Origin: Acidobacteriota bacterium
GTDB taxonomy: Bacteria > Acidobacteriota > Thermoanaerobaculia > Multivoradales > UBA5704
DNA length: 19,936 nucleotides
Direction of reading: 5' to 3'
NCBI GenBank assembly: GCA_040005235.1
Contig: JBDTZG010000080.1
Location: forward strand, 1 to 19,936
Below, piece after piece: positions 1 through 9,874 of this stretch. Within the stretch, counting starts at the first letter, position 1. The number at the start of each line of letters is the position of its first letter. The position numbers were made by a program, and so were the translations under genes. The notes under the pieces are model-generated. The model ran no database searches and was not told the origin of the DNA. It saw nothing but the letters and a program-made list of their open reading frames with translations.

Positions 1-742
1 CGATCGAGTTGCTGCCGCCTCCCACGCAGGCGATCGCCAGATCGGGGCTCTCGGTCCCGGCCTGGCGCTTGAGTTGGATGCGTGCCTCTTCGCCGATCAC
101 CCGGTGGAAATCGCGCACCATGCGTGGGAACGGGTCGGGACCGAGCACCGAGCCGAGGATGTAATGGGTCGTGCGGACGTTGGTCACCCAGTCGCGCATC
201 GCCTCGTTGATCGCGTCCTTGAGCGTCCGGCTGCCGGAGTCGACCGGCACGACTTCGCTCCCGAGCAGGCGCATTCGCTGAACGTTGAGCGCCTGGCGCC
301 GCATGTCCTCTGAACCCATGTAGATCGTGCACGAGAGCCCGAGCGCCGCCGCCGCGGTCGCCGTGGCCACTCCGTGCTGTCCCGCGCCGGTCTCGGCGAT
401 CACCCGCTCTTTGCCCATCTCAACGGTCAACAGCGCCTGGCCCAGCGCGTTGTTGATCTTGTGGGCGCCGGTGTGGAGGAGATCTTCGCGCTTCAAGTAG
501 ATCCGCCCGCCGCCGAGTTCCTCGGTCAGACGTTCGGCGAACGTGAGCGGCGTCGGCCGCCCGGCGAAATTCGCGAGCAGATCGTCCAAGCGCCGCCGGA
601 ACCGCCGGTCTTTCCGCGCCCGGTCGTAGGCGCGGGAAAGCTCCTCGATCGGCGCCATCAAGGTCTCGGGCACGAACCGCCCCCCGTAGCGGCCGAAGTA
701 GCCTTGCGGGTCGGGGTTTGTAGGTGTGGCTTTACGGAACAT
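1..742 (-). CDS. trpB: Tryptophan synthase beta chain, N-terminal part; runs off the left edge of the window
   Basis: Not in the ORF track. Manual translation from ATG 742 gives [35 protein letters not shown]...[16 protein letters not shown] (PLP lysine)...[22 protein letters not shown] upstream; 11-bp overlap with trpF. Confidence 0.97.
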   Translation of the reverse strand, partial: MFRKATPTNPDPQGYFGRYGGRFVPETLMAPIEELSRAYDRARKDRRFRRRLDDLLANFAGRPTPLTFAERLTEELGGGRIYLKREDLLHTGAHKINNALGQALLTVEMGKERVIAETGAGQHGVATATAAAALGLSCTIYMGSEDMRRQALNVQRMRLLGSEVVPVDSGSRTLKDAINEAMRDWVTNVRTTHYILGSVLGPDPFPRMVRDFHRVIGEEARIQLKRQAGTESPDLAIACVGGGSNSI

Positions 743-1373
743 GAGTTTCCTCGTGGGAAGCAATCTCAGAGAAAAGGCGAGAGAGAAGGTCAGGATCCTT
801 GACGCCCGGCGAGCGTTCGACCCGCGAGCAGACGTCGATGAGCAAGGCGCCGCTCTGGTCGACCGCCGCGCGGACGTTGTCGGGACTTATACCGCCGGCT
901 AGGAAAACAGGACGGCCTGCGGCGGCGGCGGCGAACGGCTTGAGCGCCGAGTAGTCCCAAGGCTGACCGGTGCCGCCGACCGCGGGGGCAACCGCGGGGG
1001 CATCGACGAGAAAACCCCAGACCTCCGGGAAGCGTTCAGTCTCTCGGACAGGAACGCCGCGAAACGCCTTGATCGCGCGGCCGGCGAACGGCGCGATCCA
1101 TTCCGGGCTCTCGTCGCCGTGGAATTGGAGCAGATCGAGCCCCAACGCGCCCGCGATCTCTTCGACTTGAGAGGCGGGCGCGTTGACGAACACTCCGACC
1201 AAGCGAGCGCGCCCTTCGACTGCGTCGGCGATCTCCCGCGCCCGTTCGACCGAAACACAACGCGGGCTGCCCGGATAGAAGTTGAGCCCCAGATACGCGG
1301 CGCCCAGCTCCACCGCCAGGCGCGCATCGCCGACGGTCGTAACGCCGCACACCTTCACCTGAACGTTCATCAT
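732..1373 (-). CDS. trpF: Phosphoribosylanthranilate isomerase
   Basis: Motifs [58 protein letters not shown]. Confidence 0.95.
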   Translation of the reverse strand: MMNVQVKVCGVTTVGDARLAVELGAAYLGLNFYPGSPRCVSVERAREIADAVEGRARLVGVFVNAPASQVEEIAGALGLDLLQFHGDESPEWIAPFAGRAIKAFRGVPVRETERFPEVWGFLVDAPAVAPAVGGTGQPWDYSALKPFAAAAAGRPVFLAGGISPDNVRAAVDQSGALLIDVCSRVERSPGVKDPDLLSRLFSEIASHEETHVP

Positions 1374-2188
1374 CCCAGCCGCTCCGCACCCGTCATCTCA
1401 GCGAGCAGCGCGCCCGGGTTTTCGGCCAACAACAGCGCCTCGCCGATGAGGAAGGCATGAAACCCGGCATCCATCAAAAGCGCCACATCGCCGGCGTGAC
1501 GGATGCCGCTCTCTGCAACCCGGATCGCACCGAACGGCAGCAGCGGCAGGAGGGTCATCGACCGTTCGAGCGACACGTCGAACGTGCGCAGATCGCGATT
1601 GTTGACGCCCACGATCTCCCACCCCTCCTCGGCCACCGCAACCTTGGCCAGATCGTCGGGGTCGGTCGTCTCGACCAGCGGCACGAGCCCCAGGCCGCGG
1701 GCCTGTCCGGCGTAGTCCTCCAGCTCTGCGGCGGAGAGAAGTGCCGCGATCAGCAGCACGGCGGAGGCCCCGGCGTCGCGTGCGTAGACCAGCTGAACGG
1801 GATCGACGATGAAATCCTTGGCGATCGCGGGCAGGCCGGACGCTTCGCGGCAGGCGGTGAGCAGCTCGTAGGAGCCGAAGAAATGGTCGGGCTCGACGAC
1901 GACCGACAGGCAGGCCGCCCCCCGCTCGGCGTAGAGCCGCGCCTGGGCGATCGGATCGAAGCGATCGCCGACGAATCCCAATCGCGGCGAGCCGCGCTTG
2001 ATCTCGGCGATTATCCCGGGCGCCTGCTGCCGCCGACGCGCGTCAAGCCGCGCGAGGAACTCGTTGTCAGAAGGAGTGCGCGGCGCGCCGTGAGCCAGAG
2101 CCGGAGCCGAGCCGAGGGCGTTCTCTCCCCCCAGTCGCCGTCTCCTTTGATCGACGATTTTCTGCAGCACGTCCGGCGGTGCGCTCAT
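1370..2188 (-). CDS. trpC: Indole-3-glycerol phosphate synthase
   Basis: Motifs IIAEIKRGSP, KDFIVDPVQL, GVNNRDL, VAESGI, LIGEALL. Start placed at ATG 2188 (ATGA overlap with the trpD stop). Confidence 0.95.
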   Translation of the reverse strand: MSAPPDVLQKIVDQRRRRLGGENALGSAPALAHGAPRTPSDNEFLARLDARRRQQAPGIIAEIKRGSPRLGFVGDRFDPIAQARLYAERGAACLSVVVEPDHFFGSYELLTACREASGLPAIAKDFIVDPVQLVYARDAGASAVLLIAALLSAAELEDYAGQARGLGLVPLVETTDPDDLAKVAVAEEGWEIVGVNNRDLRTFDVSLERSMTLLPLLPFGAIRVAESGIRHAGDVALLMDAGFHAFLIGEALLLAENPGALLAEMTGAERLG

Positions 2189-3210
2189 GCTTGGAACCTG
2201 CACAGCTCGTCGAGCTTCCTCGCCGCCGCTCCGGAGCCGAGCGCTTCGCGGGCGAGCGCGGCCCCTCCGATGAGATCCTCCGCGAGCCCTCCGACCCAGA
2301 TTGCCGCCCCGGCGTTCGCGATCACGATGTCGGCGATCGGACCGGACTCTCCGGCGAGAAGGCGCCTCATCGCGATGGCGTTTTCTTCCGGGCCGCCGCC
2401 GGCCAGATCGGCGAGGGTCGCCCGCGCGAGCCCCAGATCCTCGGGTTCGAGGGTGAACGTGCGCACAGTGCCGTTCTTCACTTCGGCAATCTGGGTGGTG
2501 CCTGTCGTCGAGATCTCGTCGAGCCCGTCGTCGCCGTGGACGACCAGCGCGTGCTCCGCTCCCAGATCGGCGAGAACGCGGCCGATCCGCTCGACCAGAT
2601 GCGCGGCGTAAACCCCCATCAGCTGGCGCCTGGCGCCCGCCGGGTTGGTGAGCGGCCCGAGCACGTTGAACACGGTGCGCAGAGCCAGCTCGCGGCGGAC
2701 CGGCATCACCTCGCGCATGGCCGGATGGAGCACCGGCGCGAACAGAAACGCGATGCCGATCTCGTCCAGCGCGCGTCCGGCCACCTCCGGGGTGACGTCG
2801 ATCTTCACGCCGAGTGCCGCGAGCACGTCGGCGCTGCCCGATTTGCTCGACACCGACCGGTTGCCGTGCTTGGCGACCGGCACCCCCGCCGCCGCCGCGA
2901 CCAGCGCCGCCGCGGTCGAGATGTTGAACGTTCCGCGGCCATCGCCGCCGGTGCCGCAGGTGTCGACCACCGAGGTGCGCGAGTGAGGAATGCGCACCGC
3001 CCGGCGGCGCATGGCCGAGGCGGCGCCCGCGATCTCCGCCGGCTCCTCCCCTTTCATCCGCAGCGCGATCAGCAGGGCGGCTTTGACCGGCTCGGACAGC
3101 TCCCCGTCCATCAGGCGGCCGAACAGCTCCTCGGTCTCGTCCCGGGTCAGATGGCCACCGCCCACCAGCCGTTCGAGCGCGTGTTTCGCTTCGAAGGGGG
3201 ATTCGCTCAC
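2185..3210 (-). CDS. trpD: Anthranilate phosphoribosyltransferase
   Basis: Motifs DTCGTGGDG, TFNISTAAA, KHGNRSVSSKSGSAD, RTVFNVLGPLTNP, DGLDEIS. Start placed at GTG 3210 (GTGA overlap with the trpG stop). Confidence 0.96.
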   Translation of the reverse strand: MSESPFEAKHALERLVGGGHLTRDETEELFGRLMDGELSEPVKAALLIALRMKGEEPAEIAGAASAMRRRAVRIPHSRTSVVDTCGTGGDGRGTFNISTAAALVAAAAGVPVAKHGNRSVSSKSGSADVLAALGVKIDVTPEVAGRALDEIGIAFLFAPVLHPAMREVMPVRRELALRTVFNVLGPLTNPAGARRQLMGVYAAHLVERIGRVLADLGAEHALVVHGDDGLDEISTTGTTQIAEVKNGTVRTFTLEPEDLGLARATLADLAGGGPEENAIAMRRLLAGESGPIADIVIANAGAAIWVGGLAEDLIGGAALAREALGSGAAARKLDELCRFQA

Positions 3211-3809
3211 CGCGCGGCTCCGGAGGTCCCGGCGAAAGCCGCGGAGGTCAGACCCAAGAAATTTTCCATCAGCTTCGGCCCCGAGATGGTGAGCACCGAC
3301 TCCGGATGGAACTGCACGCCCCAATAAGGAAGCACGCGGTGGCGCAACCCCATGAGCACGCCGTCGTCGGTCGTCCAAGCGATCGGTTCCAACTCCTCCC
3401 CCAGGGTGTCTTCGCGGACGCAGAGGCTGTGGTACCGGGTCGCCTCGAACGGATCGTCGAGGCCGGCGAACACGCCCTGACCGCCATGGCGAACGGGCGA
3501 GGTCTTGCCGTGCATCAGGCGCGGTGCCCGCTCGACCGTAGCGCCGAACGCCACCCCCATCGCCTGATGGCCGAGACAGACGCCGAGGATCGGCACCGTG
3601 GTCCCGGAGGCGAGCAACTCCAAGCAGATCCCCGCCTCCTCCGGCCGCCCGGGGCCGGGCGAGAGCACGATTCCCGCGGGCTTGCGCGCGAGGAGTGTGG
3701 CGACCGTCTCGGCATCGTTGCGAATCACCTCCACCTCGGTGCCGGTGGCCGCGATCATCTGCACCAGGTTCCAGGTGAAGGAGTCGTAGTTGTCGATCAT
3801 CAGGATCAC
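3207..3809 (-). CDS. trpG: Anthranilate synthase component II (class I glutamine amidotransferase)
   Basis: Motifs MILMIDNYDSFTWNL, SPGPG, GVCLGHQ, RYHSL, GVQFHPES. Confidence 0.95.
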   Translation of the reverse strand: MILMIDNYDSFTWNLVQMIAATGTEVEVIRNDAETVATLLARKPAGIVLSPGPGRPEEAGICLELLASGTTVPILGVCLGHQAMGVAFGATVERAPRLMHGKTSPVRHGGQGVFAGLDDPFEATRYHSLCVREDTLGEELEPIAWTTDDGVLMGLRHRVLPYWGVQFHPESVLTISGPKLMENFLGLTSAAFAGTSGAAR

Positions 3810-5305
3810 GGCCGCTCCTCCAAGCGCTCCGCCAAGGCGACAGCAGCGAGCAGGCCGGCCGCTTTGTTTTCGGTCTCGCGCTGCTCGGAGGCGGGATCGG
3901 AATCGGCGACGATCCCGGCGCCCGCCGTCACCGTGGTCTCTCCTCCCGCCACCACCAAGGTGCGGATTGCGATGCAGGTATCGAGATCGCCCGAAAACGA
4001 GAAGTAGCCGACCGCTCCGGCGTAGGGGCCGCGCGACTCGGGTTCGAGCGAATCGATGATCTCCATCGCGCGGATCTTCGGCGCACCCGAGACCGTGCCG
4101 GCGGGAAAGCAGGCGAGCAGCGCGTCGAGCGCGTCCTTGTCCGCCGCCAGCTCCGCCTCGACCGAAGAGACCAAGTGCATGACGTGACTGTAGCGCTCGA
4201 CGAGCATGAATTCCGGCACCCGCACGCTTCCCGGCGTCGCGACCCGGCCGAGATCGTTGCGGCCGAGATCGACCAGCATCAGATGCTCGGCGCGCTCTTT
4301 GGGATCGGCCGCCAGCTCGTCGGCCAGGCGCTGATCGATTTCCGGGTCGGCGCTCCGCGGCCTCGTCCCCGCAATGGGCCGGGTTTCGATCCGGCGCCCG
4401 GTCTTCCTCACCAGCATCTCGGGGCTCGCCCCGACCAGCGCCAGCTCCGGCATTTCGAGCAGCACCATATAGGGGCTCGGGTTCACCCTCCGGAGCGCCC
4501 GGTAGAGCGCGATCGGCTCAATCGCCCGGGGGATTCCGAATCGCCGTGCGATCACCGCCTGGAAGATGTCGCCCGCCGCGATGTGCTCTTTGGCGATCTC
4601 GACCGCCTGCCGATAGGCCGCACCGTTCAGGCTCGCGCTCTCGGTGTAGGGGGCGAACGCCTCCGGCGTCAACTTCTGATGCGCCGAAAGCGGCGGGATC
4701 GCCACCGCGCCGCTGCCGCCCGCCGCCGTCAACAGCACCTGAAGCCGATCGAGCTGAGCTTCGGCCTGCTCGGCGCTCACCTCACCCTCGATCTCGTTGG
4801 CGATCGCGAGCAGGCGCTGGTACGCGTGGTCGAATGCGAGCACCGCGTCGAACCGGCCGAAGATCGCGACCGGCAGCCCCGCGACGGCCAAGGGCGGACG
4901 GTTCGGCAGCCTTTCCACCAGGCGGATCAGGTCGTAGCCGAACGACCCGACGAACCCGCCGGTAAAAGGCACCGCCCCCATCTCGCCCGGAACGACCGCC
5001 TCGATCCGCGACAGCTCGGCGCGCAGCGCTTCAAGCGGCGGACCCGGACGATCCGAGCGCACGCCCTCGCGCTCGATCTCCAGCCGGTCTTCATACAGCC
5101 GCAGGATCTCGCGCGGCCCGGCGCCCAGGAAGCTGTAGCGCGAGACCCGCTCGCCGCCGGTGACGCTCTCCAGCAGGAACCGAACGGGCGAGACCGCCGC
5201 GAGCCGCCGGTACGCCCCGAGGGGAGTCAGCTCATCGGCGAGCAGCTCGCGGACGTGCGGGAGAGCTTTCTTCTTCGCTGCACTCTTTGCATCACTTGCC
5301 TGCAT
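3806..5305 (-). CDS. trpE: Anthranilate synthase component I
   Basis: Trp feedback-site motifs LLES and NPSPYM; also GASPE, PIAGTRPR, EHLMLVDLGRND, PAGTVSGAPK, AGAGIVADS. Confidence 0.96.
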   Translation of the reverse strand: MQASDAKSAAKKKALPHVRELLADELTPLGAYRRLAAVSPVRFLLESVTGGERVSRYSFLGAGPREILRLYEDRLEIEREGVRSDRPGPPLEALRAELSRIEAVVPGEMGAVPFTGGFVGSFGYDLIRLVERLPNRPPLAVAGLPVAIFGRFDAVLAFDHAYQRLLAIANEIEGEVSAEQAEAQLDRLQVLLTAAGGSGAVAIPPLSAHQKLTPEAFAPYTESASLNGAAYRQAVEIAKEHIAAGDIFQAVIARRFGIPRAIEPIALYRALRRVNPSPYMVLLEMPELALVGASPEMLVRKTGRRIETRPIAGTRPRSADPEIDQRLADELAADPKERAEHLMLVDLGRNDLGRVATPGSVRVPEFMLVERYSHVMHLVSSVEAELAADKDALDALLACFPAGTVSGAPKIRAMEIIDSLEPESRGPYAGAVGYFSFSGDLDTCIAIRTLVVAGGETTVTAGAGIVADSDPASEQRETENKAAGLLAAVALAERLEERP

Positions 5306-5942
5306 GACGCCTCCCCAACTCGGCCGCGACCTCGGCGGAATCGACGCCGCACGCTTCGAGCAGGACCAGCAGATGGTAGAGCAGGTCGGCCGACTCCTCG
5401 CTCAACCGTTGGCGGCGGTCGGGATCTTGCGGGTTCGCACCGAGGAGGACCCCCGCGAGCGCCGCCTCCACCCCTTCTTCGCCGACCTTCTGGGCGATCC
5501 GTTCGGTTCCCTCGTCGAGCAGTCGCGCGGTATAGCTCTTCTCCGGATCCGCACCTCGGCGCGCCGCGATCACCGCCGAGAGCCAGCCCAGCTCCAGCCG
5601 CGCCGGATCGCGGCCCGCGGCGGGATTTTCAAAACAGGTGCGCTCTCCCGTATGGCAGCTGGGACCGTGCGCGCGCACCCGGGCGAGCAGGGCATCGCCG
5701 TCGCAATCGATCCGCAGTTCGACCAGGTCGAGACCGTTGCCGGAGGTCTCCCCCTTGCGCCAGAGGCTCTGGCGCGAACGGCTCCAGAACCAGACCTGAC
5801 CGGTCGCCACCGTCCGTTCGAGCGCCTCGCGGTTCGCCCAGGCGAGCATGCGCACCACACCGGATTCGACCTCCTGGACGATCACGGGAACCAAGCCGTC
5901 CGGGCCGAATCGGACTGCGTCGAGGTCCGGGCTTGGCGTCAT
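5292..5942 (-). CDS. hisIE: Bifunctional phosphoribosyl-AMP cyclohydrolase / phosphoribosyl-ATP pyrophosphatase
   Basis: HisI motifs [31 protein letters not shown]; HisE motifs [25 protein letters not shown]. Confidence 0.95.
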   Translation of the reverse strand: MTPSPDLDAVRFGPDGLVPVIVQEVESGVVRMLAWANREALERTVATGQVWFWSRSRQSLWRKGETSGNGLDLVELRIDCDGDALLARVRAHGPSCHTGERTCFENPAAGRDPARLELGWLSAVIAARRGADPEKSYTARLLDEGTERIAQKVGEEGVEAALAGVLLGANPQDPDRRQRLSEESADLLYHLLVLLEACGVDSAEVAAELGRRHAGK

Positions 5943-6724
5943 AGGTCATCCTCCAGCCGCATCGGAAATCCCCGCGCCGCAAGCTCCCGTTTGATCGCCG
6001 CCACGGTCCAATCCCCCTGATGAAAGATCGAAGCCGCGAGCACCGCGGCGGCTCCCGCCGAGAGCGCCGCCGCCAGATGCTCCGGCGATCCGGCCCCGCC
6101 CGAGGCGATCACCGGCACGTTGACCGCCCCGACCGCCGCCCGCAGAAGGGGAAGATCGTAACCGTCGCGCGTGCCGTCGGCGTCGATGCTGGTGAGCAGG
6201 ATCTCGCCCGCCCCTCGCGCCACCCCTTCCCGAATCCAGGCGAGCGCGTCCTTCCCCGTATTCTCTCGGCCGCCATGGGTCACTACTTCCCAGGTGCCTG
6301 CGGACCGCCGTTTCGCGTCCACCGACAGGACGACACATTGGCTGCCGAACCGGCCGGCCAGGTCGGAGAGCAGCTCCGGCCGGTCGACCGCCGCGGAGTT
6401 GACCGCAAATTTGTCCGCCCCGGCCCGCAGCAAGCGCCGGCCGTCGTCGATCCCGCGCACCCCTCCGCCGACGGTGAGCGGCACGAACGCCCGCTCGGCC
6501 GTCCGCCGCACCCAATCGAGATCGGTGTCGCGCGCCTCCGGCGCCGCGGTAATGTCCAGAAAGACGATCTCGTCCGCTCCTTCGGCCGCGTAGCGCGCGG
6601 CCGCCTCGGCCGGATCGCCCTGGTCGATCAGGTTCTCGAAACGGACCCCTTTCACCACTCGGCCCTCGCGGACGTCGAGGCAAGGGATCACGCGGCGGGC
6701 GAGGCCAGAGAGGAGAGTTGTCAT
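5939..6724 (-). CDS. hisF: Imidazole glycerol phosphate synthase cyclase subunit
   Basis: Motifs [56 protein letters not shown]. Confidence 0.97.
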   Translation of the reverse strand: MTTLLSGLARRVIPCLDVREGRVVKGVRFENLIDQGDPAEAAARYAAEGADEIVFLDITAAPEARDTDLDWVRRTAERAFVPLTVGGGVRGIDDGRRLLRAGADKFAVNSAAVDRPELLSDLAGRFGSQCVVLSVDAKRRSAGTWEVVTHGGRENTGKDALAWIREGVARGAGEILLTSIDADGTRDGYDLPLLRAAVGAVNVPVIASGGAGSPEHLAAALSAGAAAVLAASIFHQGDWTVAAIKRELAARGFPMRLEDDL

Positions 6725-7464
6725 ACGAACTCCTCCCCATGAGCCGCCGCCCGAGCCTCTTCGAGCGTGAACGCTCCGGAGTAGAGCGCCTGGCCGACGA
6801 TCGCGCCCGCGATCTCGGGGTAGACCCGTGCCGCGGCGAGATCATCGAGGGAAGAAACGCCACCGGAAAGGAGGGCCGGTAGGCCGCAGCTCCGAGCGAT
6901 CCGCCGGGCGAGCGCCAGATTCGGACCACCCATCATGCCGTCGCGATCGACGTCCGTCACCAACACCGCGGGGCAGGGGCAACCGATCAAAGCGGCCGTC
7001 AGCTCAGCGAGCGAACGCGCCGCCCCCTCCCGCCAGCCGGAGATGCGCACCTCGCCGCTCGTTCCGGAAAGATCGAGCGCCGGCACCAGACGACCCGGGT
7101 GGGCCGCGGCGATCTCGGCGAAGAGATCGGGGTCGCGGGCGACGAGCGAGCCCACCACCACCCGCTCCGCGCCCAGCGCGAGCGCGGCTTCGATCGATGC
7201 CCGATCGCGCAAACCGCCTCCGAGCTGAATCGCGGTTCCCTTTCCAATCATCCGTTCGATCATTCGTCCGATCAAATCGCGTTGCGGCGCCTCGCCCAAC
7301 GCGGCATCCAGATCGACGACATGGACGAGGCCAACCCCCGCGGCGGCGAATTGCTCCAGCAGGATAACGGGATCGGCTCCAACCGTCGTCCGCCGGGAGT
7401 CGTCTCCCTGTCGCAAGCGGACGGCCTGGCCGCCGCGCAGATCGATCGCGGGCAGAAGCTCCAT
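6721..7464 (-). CDS. hisA: ProFAR isomerase
   Basis: Motifs [59 protein letters not shown]. Start is ATG 7464 (TGATG overlap with hisH) or GTG 7467. Confidence 0.94.
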   Translation of the reverse strand: MELLPAIDLRGGQAVRLRQGDDSRRTTVGADPVILLEQFAAAGVGLVHVVDLDAALGEAPQRDLIGRMIERMIGKGTAIQLGGGLRDRASIEAALALGAERVVVGSLVARDPDLFAEIAAAHPGRLVPALDLSGTSGEVRISGWREGAARSLAELTAALIGCPCPAVLVTDVDRDGMMGGPNLALARRIARSCGLPALLSGGVSSLDDLAAARVYPEIAGAIVGQALYSGAFTLEEARAAAHGEEFV

Positions 7465-8084
7465 CACTCGCCCCTTTCTGACAACGCCAGGAAGTTCGCC
7501 AGGATCTTCAGCCCCGAGGGCCCGCTGCGCTCCGGATGAAACTGGCAGCCGAGCACCCGGCCGCGGCCGGCCACCGAGGTGAAGCTCCGGCCATGAAGGG
7601 TGCGAGCGAGCGTCACCTCGTCCGCTCCTTCGGGAGCGAAGCTGTGAACGAAATAGACCCATGGGTCGGGGGGAAGCCCAGCGAGCAGGGGATGCTCTAC
7701 CAGATCGTGCAGGCGGTTCCAGCCGATGTGCGGCAACGGCACCCCGTCGGGCAGACGGACGATGTGCCCGGGGAGGAGGCCCAAACCGTCGGTGGTGCCG
7801 AACTCCTCGCTCGACTCGAACAACAGCTGGAATCCGACGCAGATCCCGAGCAGCCAGGCGCCCTCGGCCAGTGCCGCGCGCAGCGCCGATTCGATCCCGC
7901 CGCGAAGCGCTTCGCGCGGCGGTCCGAAAGCACCCACCCCGGGCAGGATCAGGCGGCGCGAGGCCGCGATCGCCTCTGGATTTGCGGTCACCCTGGACTC
8001 TCCGCCCACGTGCTCGATTGCCCGTACGACGTTGCCGAGGTTGCCGACGCCGAGATCGACGATCGTGGTCGATTCGACGCTCAT
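7464..8084 (-). CDS. hisH: Imidazole glycerol phosphate synthase glutaminase subunit
   Basis: Motifs VDLGVGNL, LILPGVGAF, GICVGFQLL, PHIGWN, YFVHSF, QFHPERS. Start ATG 8084 (ATGA overlap). Confidence 0.95.
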   Translation of the reverse strand: MSVESTTIVDLGVGNLGNVVRAIEHVGGESRVTANPEAIAASRRLILPGVGAFGPPREALRGGIESALRAALAEGAWLLGICVGFQLLFESSEEFGTTDGLGLLPGHIVRLPDGVPLPHIGWNRLHDLVEHPLLAGLPPDPWVYFVHSFAPEGADEVTLARTLHGRSFTSVAGRGRVLGCQFHPERSGPSGLKILANFLALSERGE

Positions 8085-9874
8085 GCGGACAACGTCCCTT
8101 TGGTGCTCGGCACGTCGGAAGAACCGGGCCGGATCGCAATCGCCTGGCGCAGCGCGAGCGCCGCCGCCTTGAACGCCGCCTCCGCCGCGTGGTGGCCGTT
8201 CCTCGCCGAAAGCACGTCGAGATGGAGCGTCAGCCAGCCCCGATCGGCGAGCGCGGCGAAGTAATCGGCGACCAGCGAAAGCGGAAACTCCGCGGTGACC
8301 CAAGTATCGAGAAGCTCCGGCGGCACGCTCCAATGAAACGACCCGCGGCCGGAGAGATCGACCACCGCGCGCGCCAGAGCCTCGTCGAGCGGGGCGTAGG
8401 CATGGGCGAAGCGGACGAGGCCACGCCGGTCCCCCAACGCCGAAGCGATCGCCTCGCCGATCGCGATCCCCACGTCTTCGACCGTATGGTGCAGATCGAC
8501 GTGCGTGTCGCCCGAGGCCTCCAAGTCGATGCCCAAGCCGCCGTGGGTGCACAGCGCCTCCAGCATGTGGCCGAAGAACCCGTTCGGCACCCCGATCCGC
8601 CGAATGCCGCCATCGAGCGAGAGGGAAAGTTCGATCCGGGTTTCTTTCGTCGAGCGCGAGACGGTGGCCCTCCTGGGCTCGCCAGGCTCCAGCCTGGCGC
8701 CTTTGGATTCGATCGACCGAGCTTCTGCCACTCCTCGAACAGCGCCAGGCTGGAGCCTGGCGAGCCCAGGCGTCTGCGGCGAACAACCCAGCGCCGCCTC
8801 GACCGCCCGCAGCGCCCCACCGCTTCCGACCGACACCCTCAGACATCCGGCGAGACCGGGATACCCCCCCACGTCGCGCACCAGAATCCCCTGTTCCGCC
8901 AACCCGTCGCGAATCGCCCTCGCCGCGGCCCGCCGCGCCGCTTCGTCCTCTCCCGCCGCCCGGACGAGCAGGAAATTCGCCTCCGAGGGGAACACCTCCA
9001 AACCCGCCGCCGCGAGCGCCCTCGCCCACTGCGGCCGGCGGCCGAGGATCGTGCGCACGCGTCGCGTCGCCGCTGCTTCGCCTTCCAAGGCCGCCCTTCC
9101 TGCCGCGGCGCTCGCGCGGTTCAGGTTGTAAGGGAGCTTGATCTTAATCAGCTCCGTCACCAGGCGCGGATCGGCGAGCAGGTAGCCCAACCGCAACCCG
9201 GCGAGCGACCAGGCTTTGGAAAATGTCCGGAAGATCAGCAGGTTCGGGTAGCGCGCGAGCAGCGGCCGGTAGTCGTACCGGCAGAACTCGGCATACGCAT
9301 TGTCGAGCAGCAGCGGGCCGGTCATCCGTTCGAGCAGCGCCTCCACCTGCTCGACGGTAGCGGCGGCGCCCGTCGGATTGTTCGGCGTGCAGAGCACCAC
9401 GGGGCGCTCCGGAAAGCGTTCCACCTCGGCGAGCATCTCGTCCATCGGCAGGGCGATATCCGCGCGAGGCGGCAGGAAGACCGGCTTCGCTCCCGCCTTT
9501 TGAATGAACATCCGATAGAGACCGAAGCAGGGCTCTGCGACGAGCACCTCGCCGCCGATCGTCGTCAGCCCTTCGAGCGCGAGCGCAAGCAGCTCGTTCG
9601 AGCCGTTGCCGACCAGCACCCCCTCCCAAGGCCAAGCGTGGAGCGCGCCCAGCTCTCGGCGCAGCGCGTCGGCATGGAAATCCGGATAGCGCGCCCAGGA
9701 TTCTTCGGCGAGCGCTTGCGCCACCGCCACCTTCAGCCGGCGCGGCAGCTCCCACGGCACTTCGTTCTGATCGAGCTTCCACCGGCATTCGGTCTGCTCC
9801 AGGTGGTACGCCGGAAGCGCACGCAGCTCCGGCCGAATCAGCAAGGCGGGATCGAGAGTCCGAGGCGGTTTCAT
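8081..9874 (-). CDS. hisCB: Fused histidinol-phosphate aminotransferase (HisC, N-terminal) and imidazoleglycerol-phosphate dehydratase (HisB/IGPD, C-terminal), 597 aa
   Basis: HisC motifs KLDQNE, RYPD, VGNGSNE, PNNPTG, DNAYAEF, RTFSKAWSLAGLRLGY. The frame continues without a stop into IGPD motifs RSTKETRI, DLHHTVEDVG, PLDEAL, DLSGR, NGHHAAEAAFKA, VPSTKG. Start ATG 9874 (ATGA overlap with hisD). Confidence 0.92.
   Translation of the reverse strand: MKPPRTLDPALLIRPELRALPAYHLEQTECRWKLDQNEVPWELPRRLKVAVAQALAEESWARYPDFHADALRRELGALHAWPWEGVLVGNGSNELLALALEGLTTIGGEVLVAEPCFGLYRMFIQKAGAKPVFLPPRADIALPMDEMLAEVERFPERPVVLCTPNNPTGAAATVEQVEALLERMTGPLLLDNAYAEFCRYDYRPLLARYPNLLIFRTFSKAWSLAGLRLGYLLADPRLVTELIKIKLPYNLNRASAAAGRAALEGEAAATRRVRTILGRRPQWARALAAAGLEVFPSEANFLLVRAAGEDEAARRAAARAIRDGLAEQGILVRDVGGYPGLAGCLRVSVGSGGALRAVEAALGCSPQTPGLARLQPGAVRGVAEARSIESKGARLEPGEPRRATVSRSTKETRIELSLSLDGGIRRIGVPNGFFGHMLEALCTHGGLGIDLEASGDTHVDLHHTVEDVGIAIGEAIASALGDRRGLVRFAHAYAPLDEALARAVVDLSGRGSFHWSVPPELLDTWVTAEFPLSLVADYFAALADRGWLTLHLDVLSARNGHHAAEAAFKAAALALRQAIAIRPGSSDVPSTKGTLSA
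8672..8770. repeat. REP-like inverted doublet (REPIN-like), 99 bp, in frame within the hisC-hisB linker
   Basis: Arms 8672-8700 (CCTGGGCTCGCCAGGCTCCAGCCTGGCGC) and 8742-8770 are perfect 29-bp reverse complements around a 41-bp spacer. Each arm has an internal hairpin GCCAGGC-N4-GCCTGGC. Confidence 0.9.

Noticed and set aside
6721-7464. Bifunctional PriA (HisA/TrpF) as the reason for his-trp linkage
   Set aside because: An intact separate trpF is present, and nothing visible supports bifunctionality.
8720-8745. Independent hisB start at the GTG inside the linker (CGAGGA-GTG)
   Set aside because: The SD-like sequence directly abuts the GTG with no spacing, and hisC has no stop codon. An internal start cannot be fully excluded.
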